DNA of 64,000 nt from the human T2T-CHM13v2.0 reference genome, Homo sapiens: the NCBI RefSeq assembly GCF_009914755.1, contig NC_060938.1. The stretch is one strand, 5' to 3'. The notes under the pieces were generated by a model. The model made no database searches. It worked only from the letters and a program-made list of their open reading frames with translations, and was not told the DNA's origin. The stretch's first letter is position 1, and each line of letters begins with the position of its first letter. The translations under genes were made by a program, and so were the position numbers. Shown here piece by piece: positions 13,957 through 27,250 of this stretch.

Positions 13957-14499
13957 GTTTGGAATTACAATTCGTTAAATTTTTTGCCACAATTTATCTT
14001 ACTTGAATGCTGTAAGTGCCTTAAACACGTTTCTGTCTCCCAGAGGATTTCTGGAAACAAATGATTCCTTTGCCTTTAATTTTTTCCTTCGGCATGTAGG
14101 CTGAGGCCTTCCTTATTCTATCCATTCAAAGGCTCTAGCAGTATTATCTCAGCATACAACCCTGACGAGAACAAGCCACACAGGATGCTACATTTTCTCA
14201 GTAAGGGCGGGTGGGGGGCGTTGTGCGGGGGCAGTGAATGCATTAACCAAAGACACACTCCAGGGAAGAAGAATGAAAGGAAGATGTTTTGACCAGCTTG
14301 ACTGTGGCACTTCATCCCTGGAGTTGTTCCCTAGAGTCTAAATTGCCGCTGACTGGGCAGTTTTCCTTCTAAAAGCTTCAGGATGGCTGAGTGTGCCGGC
14401 CTGGAGGAAGGCCCTAGGGAAGAAGACAATAGCTGTGAGAGAATCACAGATCTCACCCCTACCACTCCCCTCCCCAACAATGAAAAGTTCAGAAAACAA

Positions 14500-15150
14500 C
14501 CAAATGCGTGCCTCACAAAAATGCCTAGTCAAGCAGTTGTTTCACTTCTGCCTGTTGAACATTTGGGTCGCCCGATGCAAATGTTAAAGCTGTGTTCAAA
14601 CCAGAAAAAATAAAAATAATAAGCTGTCAGAATAATTACTAAGAACATGCAAGGATTCTACAAAGTAAACTGCAGCCTGCAAAAAAGAGAATTGCATGTT
14701 AGCTAATTGTTAATTTTAGCGATCGCAGTGGCTAATTACCGTGGCACACATTGACTATTAGCTTGACGCCCTAGCACCTGCTTTCTCCAATGAACAGATT
14801 TCTTCATCGCTAGCACAGGAGCAAAATGTGTAATTATTGGCCATCATTGGGGCGATTTTTCAGTGATTCTTTTGTGCATCGTGAATAAAGCATAATGACA
14901 TATTTTATTAGAGGGCAAATAGCTGTTTGTTAATGGAAATGATTTGAAATCCAAAAAACTAGAAGCTAGGAGCATGTTTTCGGTATCAGCGTGAATTCAA
15001 ATGTATTTTCTTTTAACTCTTTATAAAAGGAGCATAGAAATCAAATCTAAACTGAGCATAATATATTTAATGATATGTACAAACACAGCATTGATTAATT
15101 ACCTCAAATGCTTTCAGTAGTACACCATTTATTTTGTTTCAGTCATGTGT
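14500..15150. promoter_or_regulatory. Candidate highly conserved non-coding element / enhancer
   Basis: Repeat-free, AT-rich yet CpG-retaining. TAATTA at 14633, 14733 and 14831, TAATTG at 14704, MEIS CTGTCA at 14624, TGTTTGT FOX-like site. Confidence 0.6.
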
Positions 15151-15557
15151 TAAATTTTAGTATTTCATATTTAAATCCTTATTTCTTGGTCCAAGAGTCT
15201 TGGCGAAGCTGGCCTGCGTCACACCTCATTTCCTAAAGAACTCTCTTTTTATTGGTGTATGTGGTACTTGCAGAGAGTGCTGTATAAATCCAGGCTTCAC
15301 CACTTCCAGAGCTAGGCATGCCAGCATCACCCTGAAGAGAAAAGCATGGATTAGGTTATCAACACCCTACTTACTGTCAGCCAAGGGGTGGAGTATACAT
15401 TGTCAATAGGGTGCCCTAAGGACAGTACCGGAATTCTTGCAGCCTTGGAAATAATATTCTTTTCCTTTTCATGACAAAATTAGTAGATCATTGCTACAAG
15501 ATGCTATAAAAGCAAAAAAGCAATATCTATTTTCACTGATAGCATATATGATCACAT

Positions 15558-15579
15558 GAGAGAGAGTGTGTGTGTGTGC

Positions 15580-15616
<37 letters not shown>
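15558..15616. repeat. Compound (GA)/(TG)n/(GA)n microsatellite
   Basis: Seen directly. Confidence 0.92.
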
Positions 15617-15617
<1 letters not shown>

Positions 15618-17734
15618 ATATGTCTAATTGGAAACAGAACTTTCATCGACAAAGATGCAGTATAGGAAATAGGGTCTTTCCTTTCACCTCTGTTCCTAAC
15701 CTGGCTCTCAGACTTCTGTCTACCTCCATTTTCTTTTTTTCTTCCCAATCTTTGTATTTTCATAATCCATATTCTATTAACAATAGAATAATAGTTCTAA
15801 ATATGGTGCTATGAAACTTAAGTCTAAAGTTCTCTGGAACTCTCAAAGAAAACATTTGAGGATGGATTAATGAAGAAATAATACTAACTGATCAACATAT
15901 CTCTGTTTTGATCAAGCTCAGGGAAAAAACTGGTTTGAAGAGACTGTTTAATTTCACTGCATATTTAGGCCTTATTTGTATTTCTAACTCTGAACACTCT
16001 GTGCTGAATTCCTCCTAAGCCATGACACAAGAAAACATGCCTCTTGTTCTCAGGAAAGATTAAAGGGCTGCACTTGGGATGTGTGTTTGCCAAGCTTTCG
16101 TCACTTCGTTCCACTCTTGGGTTTGGTTATGAAAGTTGTATATTTTCAAAGGTCATTGAAAGGCAACCACCTCTGTTTTCTGAGCGTGGGGAACTTACTC
16201 CTAATGGCCAGGTTTATTGTTTTATTGCCACTGTTTACAAACAGGGAGAAACTCCCTTGAATGGGCACTTCCTTTTTTACCACTGGCTTCCCCACTATTT
16301 TAAGATGTAGATAAGTTCAGTATTCAGGTTCACTGTTTGACCCATTAAACTGGTATTGAGGTATAATTTGTGTGTTTTCCCAGTACCGTTGCACATAGAA
16401 TGGGGTTCATTTCCACACGTTTGAATAAATTTATCCAGTTCAGTGAACCTGTTGTGAAGCTCAGCAAAACTCAGTAGGTGGCTTTAAAGTCCTGTAATTA
16501 GCCCATTATAGAAAATCTGTACTTTAGATTTTTGCACATTGGTTAATAAGCATAACATGCTTCATATATAAATAACGTTACATTAAATGATGTAATATAA
16601 AGGAATTAAAGGCCAATGAAGTTAAACAAAATACTTAAAAGAGACCTCAAATTAGCATGTTTAATTCCAACTCACTGCACAGGAAAAGCTGCTTGCTCTT
16701 ACTGTACCAGTTCCACACCAGCTCACAATAACATGGGCTGTGCCCACAGTGCCCAGCTGTCTCTACAACCAACCTGTCTTCTGTCAGCTCTATGAGCTAG
16801 GGATGGACTTACCTTTACCTCATTTCCTTTCATTTCTGATCATAGACAAGGAGGTGAGCTGAAGGGGTAGAAGAAAATAAAAGAAAAAGTCCTGCCATGA
16901 CTTTTTCATGATGCTTGCCTGAGCACTTCCTCTGATTCACAGAGGTAGATAGGCCTGGCCAGGCACTTCCTTCCTCTGCTTGCTTTTCTCACTCAAGTCA
17001 GCTTGGCAATCATTTCAGAATGAATTGCTGTGCAAATGTCACGTATGCAAGAACTTACCTTTAGGATTTTAAACATTTTATTAGAAATTTTACCCTCAAA
17101 CAACCCTGTGGAATATTGTCTCACTCTGGCCTATTTGAAAAGGTGTTTTCGTCTCTTTATGGAATGGAGTTATAGTTTCATTCAAATAGTTCCCAAATAT
17201 GGTATAACAGTAAAGTTAACCTGTTCCTATGAATCCAAGAATAAGTGAACATATAGAAGTTGCACTGTAGTTACATAACCAATAACAGAAATATGGTTGG
17301 ACTATAACTCACTCTACACTAGAATGTAAGCTCTATGAAGCCAGGAGCATTGGTGGTTATATTTAACCACCAATATTCGCCTCACTCAAAACCATTCATT
17401 CATTCATTTGTCAACTATTTATGGAGTACCTACTGTACCAAGCACTGCAGCAGACTTTGGAGATACAAACCCTATCCTAAATAAAAGAACTTGACAAGTT
17501 GGCCAAAAATCAACACACAAAATCAATAAGTGATCAATTTACTGAATCACTAATTTGCCAAAGTTACCAAATGCGATGATTTACCAAAAACATGTTTCTT
17601 TTAACTATTTCTAAAATTTGCAACAATTTGTATAGGATTGTTTTAGTTGACCAGTTGTTATTTGCTTTTTATAGCAGCATTTTAAGGAATAGTTATTTTT
17701 GTCAAAACTAAGAATAATTTACTCTTCTTATGAA

Positions 17735-18100
17735 TAAATTTTATTATATATTTAATTGACAGATAATATACATGTTTTTAAGTGGTATAATGTGATATTT
17801 TGCTATATGTTTGCATTGTGGAATGATTAAATCAAGCTAATTAACATACCCATCACCTCACATACTTATCATTTTTGTGCTGATAACTTTTAAAGTCCAA
17901 TCTTTAAGCAATTGTGAAAGATACAATTCATTATTATTAACTATAGCCACAGTTCTGTGTAATTAGATCACTGAAGCTTATTCTTCCTAGCTCGCTGAAA
18001 CTTTGTACCCTGTGATCAACGTCTCCCCTTTTCCTATCCACCTCGCTCCTCCGGGCTCTGATAACCACCATTTTACTCTCTACTCCTATGAGTTGAATAT
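17735..18100 (-). mobile_element. L1MA-type 3' end
   Basis: attgtggaatgattaaatcaagctaattaacata..catcacctcacatacttatcattttt..gataaccaccattttactctct. Confidence 0.85.
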
Positions 18101-19881
18101 ATTTTATAGTCATAAAATATTTAATGTTTTCACGCAAAATTATAATTATTTTCTGTAGAAATATTCAGCCTTAAATAGATTTCTTTTTAAAGTTATTTAC
18201 AGGTTTGTCAACTACTTAGCACTTACACGATTATTTTCTGTTAATTTTAATTAATATTTAAAAATTTTTAATTTTAATTTCTGAGAGTGATAGTGGCCTT
18301 AGTATATGATATTATTGCTTCATTGTTTCCTAGTTCTTTCTCATTTTGCATATCTTTTAGCATTTTTGGGATTTTAAACCAATCTTTTAAAATCTTTTTT
18401 TGGTTTTTGCAAGTTTAGAGTTATGGTAATATATAAATCAAATTTGAGGTTTTATCATTCATTTCATTATGCCAATTCCTCTGATTCTCCTCACTTCTTT
18501 TATGCATTTTAAACATATGTGCCCTTTCATTTCAAATCTTTTGGTGCATTAAAACCAGGTAAAAATATCTCAATTTCTCCTTGTTAGAAAATAAAAACTG
18601 AGCATTTCATCTTCAGCTTCTACTTCTAGTTTCTGTGGTTTTCTAATTTTTTCAAATTATAACAATGATTAATATTCTTTCTGTAATTGTTCAGTGGCTG
18701 GTGGACTTAATTTTAGCCTGTAGCAATTAAAATTTTAAATTTCAGCATGACACATGGAATGAGATTGTTTCAATTGACTTAGAGTTTTTCCCTATCTTTC
18801 TAAATGTAATTTACAATTTCTCTTCCAGCACTGTTATATTTTTTACCAATACCTCAAATGGCAGATCAGCCTTGATTTTATATTACTAATAATTAATACC
18901 CTAAATCTCTGTAATTCACATTGATTTGGTTGCTCTGAATCCTTCTTTAGTAATTTCATGCTTAGGGAAATAAATATCAGAATTGGGATACTAATCTTGA
19001 ATAAAGTTTTGATTACTGATTTCTAAATACCCTTTCCTGAACAATTAAATATATACTCTAAAAGGCTAAACCATTTTATCACTCTTAGCTATTAACAAAT
19101 GAACCTCTTTAAAATGATATTATGAAGGCAAAATTAAAACCAATCAACTAAACCTTCACAGAAATCGTCAAAAGCTGTTAAAACATTCTATCCAATAGAG
19201 TTTGGTGTTTAACTTATAAACAGAAAAATAGTCTACTTTGTTAAACTGGTACCTCGCTAAATGTGGCAAAGTGTTATTTAGAAAACTGTATTTTAGCAAA
19301 TTATTTTTAAGTGACTTGGAGTTAAAAATAACATGATCCCTGCCCTCATGGAGTTTACAAGCAGTGGGGAGAAGGGCATTAACTTAGGAATCACATTTGA
19401 CAGGTTTATGATGCCATCAGGGCACAGCCTGGTGGAACTGACCTCATTAGGGAGGGCAGGCCTGGGGGAATAAAGTTGACTGGGCAAAGCTGGAAGATAG
19501 GAAGAAAGAGAAGCTTAAGCAAGGCCCAGGTCCTAAAACATAGTGCAAACGAAAGAAGTTCTCTACAACTGCAGAATGAATGAATGATTGGTTGTCAGAG
19601 ACTTAAGATACTCTGAGTACTCCTTCACAAGACAGTCCTCCTTGAAAGCTAAGGGGTGCTGCCTCATTCAGAGTGTGCCTGGAAGCCTGCCCAGCCAAGA
19701 CCAGCAGGGGACACATCAGAGTGTCATCTCACCCACCCTCAGTCCTGCCTAAAACTTTTCCTACAAGTGGATGTTGAAGGAATGTAGAAAACTTTGGGGC
19801 AGTAGCCACAGACATGGTCAACCATTGCTAGTTCTTCAAAAATGAGCATTCCTGGAGAATAATATAATTAATTAGGCTTTA

Positions 19882-20045
<164 letters not shown>

Positions 20046-20159
20046 TAGGCTTCACCTTAGCCCAACAGAATGTCAGCTCTCCAAGGACTCACCAACTCCA
20101 GGGTTGTTTTATCAGTATTTACCTCTCTGATGAGGGACATGAGAATGTCTTTGGGTGTT

Positions 20160-20285
20160 GTCCAAAACCGAGTCCAGGAACCCACCCCAAACCCACAGAA
20201 TCAGAATTTTAGGGCATAGGAACTGGGAAAATGCATTTTAACAACCTCCTCAGGTTATTTTGCTCCCTAAATTTTGAGAACTGTT
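20160..20285. mobile_element. MER5-type hAT-Charlie MITE fragment
   Basis: cccaccccaaacc..gaatcagaa..tgcattttaacaa..caggt..tttgagaac. Confidence 0.7.
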
Positions 20286-20804
20286 AGTATAAATGCTAAA
20301 TAAATAAAACTTGAAGAGAATATTGTGTCAGGGTTTACCAGCTGGGGTCTGACCTATTTCTTTGAGAGAATTGTTCAGTTTCACTCCCTCCCTCATATTG
20401 GAAAATGTGTTTTGGGGCAAAGGTCGTCACTGTTCTTTCCCTTCCTCCCCCTACCTGCTCTAAGTATTAGGTATTATCTCCTAATACCTAGAAGTCCTCT
20501 CCAGGAGCTGAGTTCTGGGCTCCATGGGTCAGCATGGATCTACCTTGGCCACACCAGGGTTTGGAGTATCCTGGGCCTCAGATGGTTCAGAGCCATAGCT
20601 GGGCTAGGAAGTCCCCTTCTACACGCCTGGGCCCTCCTTTCTGGTGTAAACCCATTTCTTGCTCATCTGGGTGACTGTGCTGTCCCTCAGGCATGGAGAG
20701 AAATGTCTGTGCCTTCATTCTTTGTGGGCTATGGAACCACCCCCCGCAGCTGGCCAGTCTCCTTTTGTTCCTTAACTGCCCCTCCCACACAACTCACCCT
20801 TCAC

Positions 20805-20864
20805 AGAATTAAGTAAACATGAGATTTTGTGACAAGAATTAAGTAAACATGAGATTTTGTGACA
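20805..20864. repeat. Perfect 30-bp tandem duplication
   Basis: agaattaagtaaacatgagattttgtgaca x2. Confidence 0.97.
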
Positions 20865-21575
20865 ATTGTTTTTGGTTGAAAATGGTGTTTTGCTGGTCTC
20901 CTCATGTGTCATTGCCCATAGGCCATTGGAGTTGGTGAAGAAACTTTGAAGCCAGAGAGAAGGAAGAGTAAGGACTAAGAAGAGCTCAGACTCTGGGTTT
21001 GCACAGACCTGGGGCCTGCACTGCTCTCTCCCAGAGCTGCCATAGAACTTGGGAAAGCCATCCAACCTCTGGGCTCAGTTTACTCACCAGTCACGTGTGA
21101 GGAAGAATAATCTCTCCCTCCTGTGACTGTTGTGAGGACCAAATGAGACAATTTTTGTAAAGTCTTGCCACACAGCCCTCAAAAAATGTTAGGTAGGTTT
21201 TACTATTTTTGTTAATAAATGACGTTTTCTGCCAGATGCAAATAAACATTCATGAAAGAAGCCAGGGTTTGTTAGGGATTGTCCGCCTTCAACAAGCCAT
21301 GGGGAGAGACTGCCGCAATGTCACCCCATATCGTACACCAATTTTGTTTTGCCATAGGAGGAGGGGCACTTTAGAACCCGGCCATTTCTCAAGGAAAGGA
21401 GCATAACAGAAGCACAATTGAAACTTTCAGACTCTAAACAGCATGAAAAACCAGATTCTATAAAGCATAAGCATCAGGAATGAATTGAAAAATGTTCAGA
21501 TTTATATTGTGGTTATTCAATATATAGAAATTGCTTCTTAAAATGTTTAAAATTTTGAGGGAAGGAAAAACCAAG

Positions 21576-21702
21576 TCTAGAAAGGTCTTCAGAGCCTAGA
21601 ACACCAGTCCAATGGAAAGACCATTTGATAAGCCTCCTCTAGAAAGGTCTTCAGAGCCTAGAACACTAGTCCAATGGGAAGACCATTTGATAAGCCTCCT
21701 CT
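21576..21702. repeat. 62-bp tandem duplication (2 mismatches)
   Basis: Copies at 21576-21637 and 21638-21699, with TCT at the junctions. Confidence 0.95.
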
Positions 21703-23575
21703 GCACACCTCCACAGCCTTCCTTCTGAAATATGCACCAAAAACTTGTTCTGATATCTTTCCAGAAATCCCACCCCAGAGAAGTGACCAGAAAGCCAAAA
21801 GTAAGAGAAATGTAATTTTTCCCTGAAGACAAGGAAGTGGCAAATCCCTACCATTTAGAACACTACGCAGAATTTCAGGATGTTAATTTCAGAGATTCAC
21901 AGCCCTTTGTAGCCGCCTGTGGTTGTTTGATAAATATTTAAAAAACACTTTAATCACAGTATACATACCCTATACAAGGGAAGATTGATTTCCTTCAATG
22001 GCACCGTCTCTCAATAATCCAGGATTAAAATAGAATAAGTTGTATTTCTTGATTGTATGTGAATGAGCTCTCACTTTGATGTATACCTTTGTGGGTGTGA
22101 CTTATTTTCCGATAATTACATCTCAACTGCTACCTCTTGCTTGTATTGAGAATAAACAGGTAGCTAAATTGTGGTGGAGACACAACCTCAATTCTTCATT
22201 CATTTAACTAGATTTCACTGAGCACTTACTATGTGCCAGGACTCAGGCACTGGGGATACAGAAATAAATAGGAGTTTGGCCTTGCCCTCACATGTTACAT
22301 AGTCTAGTGTTGGAGACAGACTGTTTTCTGATTATTATAATACAATGAGATATGTGTTCACAAAAGTGGGCTGATTCCTCAGAACTTATCTTTGACAGCC
22401 TTGCCGTAATTTTACCATTTTTCTATCCATTAGGCACTTTTATCTCATTTAATCTAATTTAATCATGTGAAACAAGTATTATTGTCCCCAGTTTATAGCT
22501 GGGGAAACTAAGGCTTAGCAAGATATATAACTTGTTCAGGATCACAGAGGTCCATCTCTGTGACATTCATGATTGAGGGCTGGTTGAAAAGAATTGTTAA
22601 TCTATGTTTTGAATTGCTTGCACAGCAGCTCTGTAGCAAAAGATCCCAGCTGAGTTGCCAGCTATTTTGTCTTTGGTCCAGATAAATCCAAAGCACCCTG
22701 CTATCTGGAAACTTATGAGAATATTAGAAAAGCTCAATGCTGTGTTCTAGAGAATGGATAAAGTCATTCCTGGAATGTTTGTATTTCCTTGGTTGTTTGG
22801 AGCTTTTCACCATATGTAATAATGGATCACTGACCAGCATTAAATTTTACCAATTTATTCATTCAAGAAGTATTTTTTGTACACTCACAAAGTATAAGGC
22901 ACTGGAATTTGTGCAGACTTGAATCCTACTCCCAAGAAGCCAGTAGTCAAGCAGGGGGGTGATCAAGTGTACATAAATACAAGAGGAAGAAAGGTAAATT
23001 GCTCTTCTGGTTTAGGAGAGGAATTCCTTCTAACTAGGACAGCAGAGAGAGCTTAATGGGGGAGAACATTTGACCTAGGTGTTGAAAGAGAGAAGAAATT
23101 GGACAGCCAGGGGTGGGAATGAAGAGAAGACTCCAGAGTGGAGACCCATCCTAAGGGAAGGCAGGATGAGGAGAGCATGAAGAGACAGGGAAAATGGTGA
23201 GTTATTCCATTTGGGTGAACTGCGATGAAGCCCTTTCCTAGAGTTTCCTTGGGACAGAAAAAGTAAGGTTCCTTTTTTGAAGTAGACACTCAAAGCAGGA
23301 AGCACCGGCTATGTAGATATTCGGCTCAACTTTTGAAAGAGAAAGGTTATACCCAAGTAAATGTTCCAGGTGAGAATACTGTCATCTAATTTTATAGCAA
23401 TAATGTAAAACTTTCAATGATACTGAGAATAATAGTTTATGTACAACCAATTTTCACTACTTGTACCTCCCTTTTTAGAATGAACTATCCTTAAAATCAC
23501 CTGCTTACCTCTCAGGATATGTTAAAGAGCTATTAGATGACCAGAATGACCTGAAATATCTTGAAAAGAGTTATC

Positions 23576-23885
23576 AGCTGCATGCGATGGCTCACACCTG
23601 TAATCCCAGCACTTCAGGAGGCCAAGGTGGGTACATCTCTTGAACCAGGAGTTTGATACTAGCCTGGCCAAGATGGTGAAACCCTACAAAAAATACAAAT
23701 ATTACCGGGCATGCACATGCCTCTATTCCCAGCTACTCCAGAGGTGTGTGCACGCCAGGAGGCTGAAGTGGGAAGATCCCTTGAGCCCAGGATGTCAAGG
23801 CTGCAGTGAACCATGATCACGCCATTGTACTCCAGCCTGGGCCACAGGGCAAGACCCTGTCTCAAAGAAAAAAAAAAAGAAAAGA
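23576..23885 (+). mobile_element. AluJ with a short internal insertion
   Basis: J-type Alu. About 17 extra nt (agaggtgtgtgcacgcc) in the right arm. Degenerate TSD aaaagagttatc/aaaagaattgtc. Confidence 0.9.
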
Positions 23886-25379
23886 ATTGTCCGAGGCATC
23901 ATTCCTTAACAGCAACAATATGAAAACACAGTTAACATTTCTTTCTGTGTTTTAACGTACCAATATCTTTACCCATATAGTTATCTATATTGCACTTACC
24001 TATACCTCACGAATATGTGGATGAAATTTTGCCCTTAGTCTTCCACATTCTTCTCCTTTGGAAGGTTTCATGAGGAACGTTTCAGAAAGGAATAATTAGA
24101 AAGAAAAATGTTATGTCTCATGTTCTTTCATTTCACATATATAATTTTACAAATTAAATTTATTCTTGTCAACTACCTGGGTCTACTGTAAATCACTTCA
24201 AATATTAAAAATATGATTGATTGTGACTTGGTGTTTGCCCCATTGGAAAAATATGTGGAGGCATTAAAGTGGGACAGAAATCATATACAATTCTTTCTGG
24301 TCAGTGGCTATGCAATTTTCTGAAGATTTTGAGCATGATCATTAGGCAAAGACAGTAATATAATGGCCCAGTGCCCTCCCTGAGGCCTGTTGTGAAGTCC
24401 AACTGATAAGCCTTGCTTATTGAGCAATGAAGGATAGGTATGTACTTGCTATATGAGAACATCACTTTACCCAGATTAAATTAACAGTGACTAATTGGCG
24501 TTATTTCTAATTTTGTAGAAACACAGGTTGGATTTAACAGATGAGTTTCATCATTTGATAATCCATGCCTTCATTATAGTATTTGGCAGAGGAATTTTTG
24601 GTATCAATTGTAGAAAGAACAGTAGTTTGAGTAAAAAGTTGTATATGCTTAGCTTTTAAGTAAAATGAAAATTAAGGTAGACAAATTAATTTTGTGAAAA
24701 AAACTAAAAATGTAAGTTTAGAGATAAAAATAATTCTTGGGCTTGAAAAGTTGCCTAGGGAATTTTTTTTTAATTCTTGAAATTTAAGATATGATGCAGA
24801 ATATGTGAAATTAGAATATATAAGTAGAATGTGTGAGGGACTGGAATAAGAAGAAAGAATTTGGAAATGTAGAAAGAGAAAACACAGGAAACTGACTAAA
24901 GTGGTTACATCTGGTAGGCGATCTGAGGACTGGTAGAACTAGGGACTAGTGGTAGCCAGTGGGCAAAAGGGACTTTTAAAAAACTGTTTGAATAGTTCAT
25001 CTTTAAATTCTTTTAAATTAAAAATAACTTTCAAGGCATTAGTCAAATGTTTTTAGTATTTGTAGTGTTTGCCTTTTAAATTATTATTTACTATGTGCTT
25101 ATCTAAAATCAATTTTCAGAAGTTGTTGGATTATAAATGATAAATGAAAAATTAAATACACAAAACCTTGTAAGAAGGCTATGGGAGTAGGGCGGGCTGA
25201 GGGGGATTTTAAAAAAGTATTTCTTTGCTCTAAATTTTTTACTCACCCCTTTTTTATATTCCACATTCTAAGCCTCATAGAATCTCTCTGCAGCTTTCAT
25301 AATTTCAGTTTTACCCAACTCATCTACCTTATAATTATGAATATATGGACATAATTAACTGAATCACTTTGAGAGAGAA

Positions 25380-27250
25380 AAAAATACCCTACTTAAGGCT
25401 AATTAGATGGATCATGGATGCCTGGAAGACTGCATTTCAATAAGGTGAAAAACTTTTGATAAAAATTTAATGAAGTTTCCAATTGACCACAGAGAATATT
25501 GATAAGTATTCACTCCATGCAGATTATTAAATTGTATTGATTTAGGATCACAAACTCTAAACACTGCTGTTGCCTCCAGAGGAGACCTGATTGCACTTAC
25601 ATGTCACATTCATAAAAAACATGGTGCACTAATTGGGAGTCTCCCGCCATCTGCACACTTGCTTCCAGGCGCACATGAAATGATCAATGGGAAAGCAGGT
25701 CAATCCAGGCAGACTGTGAGTGAAATTAAAATAATAAAATGTCTAAACATTTAACTGCAAATAGGAAATCTTTATACTCACCCACACCCTATTCTGTAGC
25801 ATAAAGCTAAGGCACAATTATTCATATACCTCAAGTAATTTGCAGGCTCCATACAAAATCTCATTTAAAATAAGAAATTGCTATTTCTGCACATTTATTC
25901 TACCAAATGCCAGCTAATTGCTGCAATGGCCATTATAAAGAATAATTTTCGCTTAGTGAAAAAAAAAAAAGGAATGAAGAGAACATTTTCTGGTTTTGTT
26001 CCACTGCGAAGGCTCTATTCAGTGAATACTGAATGCACAGCGTTTCACTGCTACATTTATTATGCTGAGAGGTCAAGTATTACACAGCATCTTGTATTAC
26101 GCTTTGCATGCTAAGTATTTCACTTCACAAATTGACCCTCCGGTGTACTTACTACATAATGCTTTAAAAACCCAGCTAAAACGCAGGACAATTAGCAATA
26201 CTTTCACTCCCAGTTAACAATGGGAACACCAATGTAGGTGATTGCATTTACAGTGTAGCTTTCTTCACAAAACATTTTTGACACATTAAGGTGCTTTGGA
26301 ATTGTGCAGTACCAGTCCTCTCTTGTGAATGGCTTTCCAGCATTTGCAGAGAGAAACAGTTACTGTATGTTAGAGCTTAATTGAAAAGAATTCAGCCACG
26401 GCCTATGAAGCACCAATTAGGGTGATATTATATCATAAAAAGCTGTAATATCCATTTTCAGACTTGTGCATCAGCCAATACAAAGTAGGACACAATTAAA
26501 AAGGTATACAGTTTAAACTCTTGAAACTGTTAAATTTAATTAGGAGTTCAGTATGAGAAAAAAAAAAAGTGTTGTTGGGGCGGTGCACGGTGATGGTGGC
26601 AGAGAAAAGGAAGTTCTCTGTAGGGCTGGAAGACCAGCAGGCATTAGCAGCCCAGGAGGACTACGTAAGTTGGTCCTTCCTTAAACCACCTTTAGTTAAT
26701 GTAAGTGTGGGGTGTTTACTTTGCCCAGCGACTAGTTTCTGAGGTCAGATGAATATTCATGCAAGTTAGAAAGTGCTGCTTTCCAGTAATTCTGATGTCT
26801 GCTGACATCTGAGAGGGAGAGAGTGCAGAACTTGCTCTGGACTAAGGAAGAGAGAGTATAGTATTGAAGATCTCTTGCCCACACAGTTCAAACACAATTA
26901 AAAGGGAGTTAAGTGCATGCTTTTCATGAAGAAAGACAGAGATAATTGTGAAATAAAATGGGCATGGCCAGATTGGTGTAAGTGTCTTTGCAGGCTTGGC
27001 CGTGAACATAATATTTAAATACTGAAACCTGCATGAAATCCCACTTTGAGGTGGCAGCCGGCAGGTAATTATCAGTAAAACAACATTATCAAAGTTCTCG
27101 TGCATAGCATGTTTGACTGACTGGAGTGCTTCTCCTTACAAATCCCGCTAATATCCATTTCAATCTGCTTTAATATGTTCACAAGTTGGGGCTTATTTTG
27201 AATTCCACTGGGTAAATGAGGACAGCACACTTTGAATTTACATACTATAC
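25380..27250. promoter_or_regulatory. Candidate conserved enhancer cluster
   Basis: About 1.9 kb without recognisable interspersed repeats. Many CTAATTAG/CTAATTG/CAATTAG homeobox cores, TCATAAAA sites, AACAATG SOX site, GGATCA/GATTA motifs. Confidence 0.6.

Noticed and set aside
20325-20816. Longest ORF in the track (163 aa)
   Set aside because: GTG start, no recognisable domain and no splice context. Consistent with chance.
20805-21702. Short direct repeats as a CRISPR-like array
   Set aside because: Only two adjacent copies each, no spacers, and a eukaryotic context.
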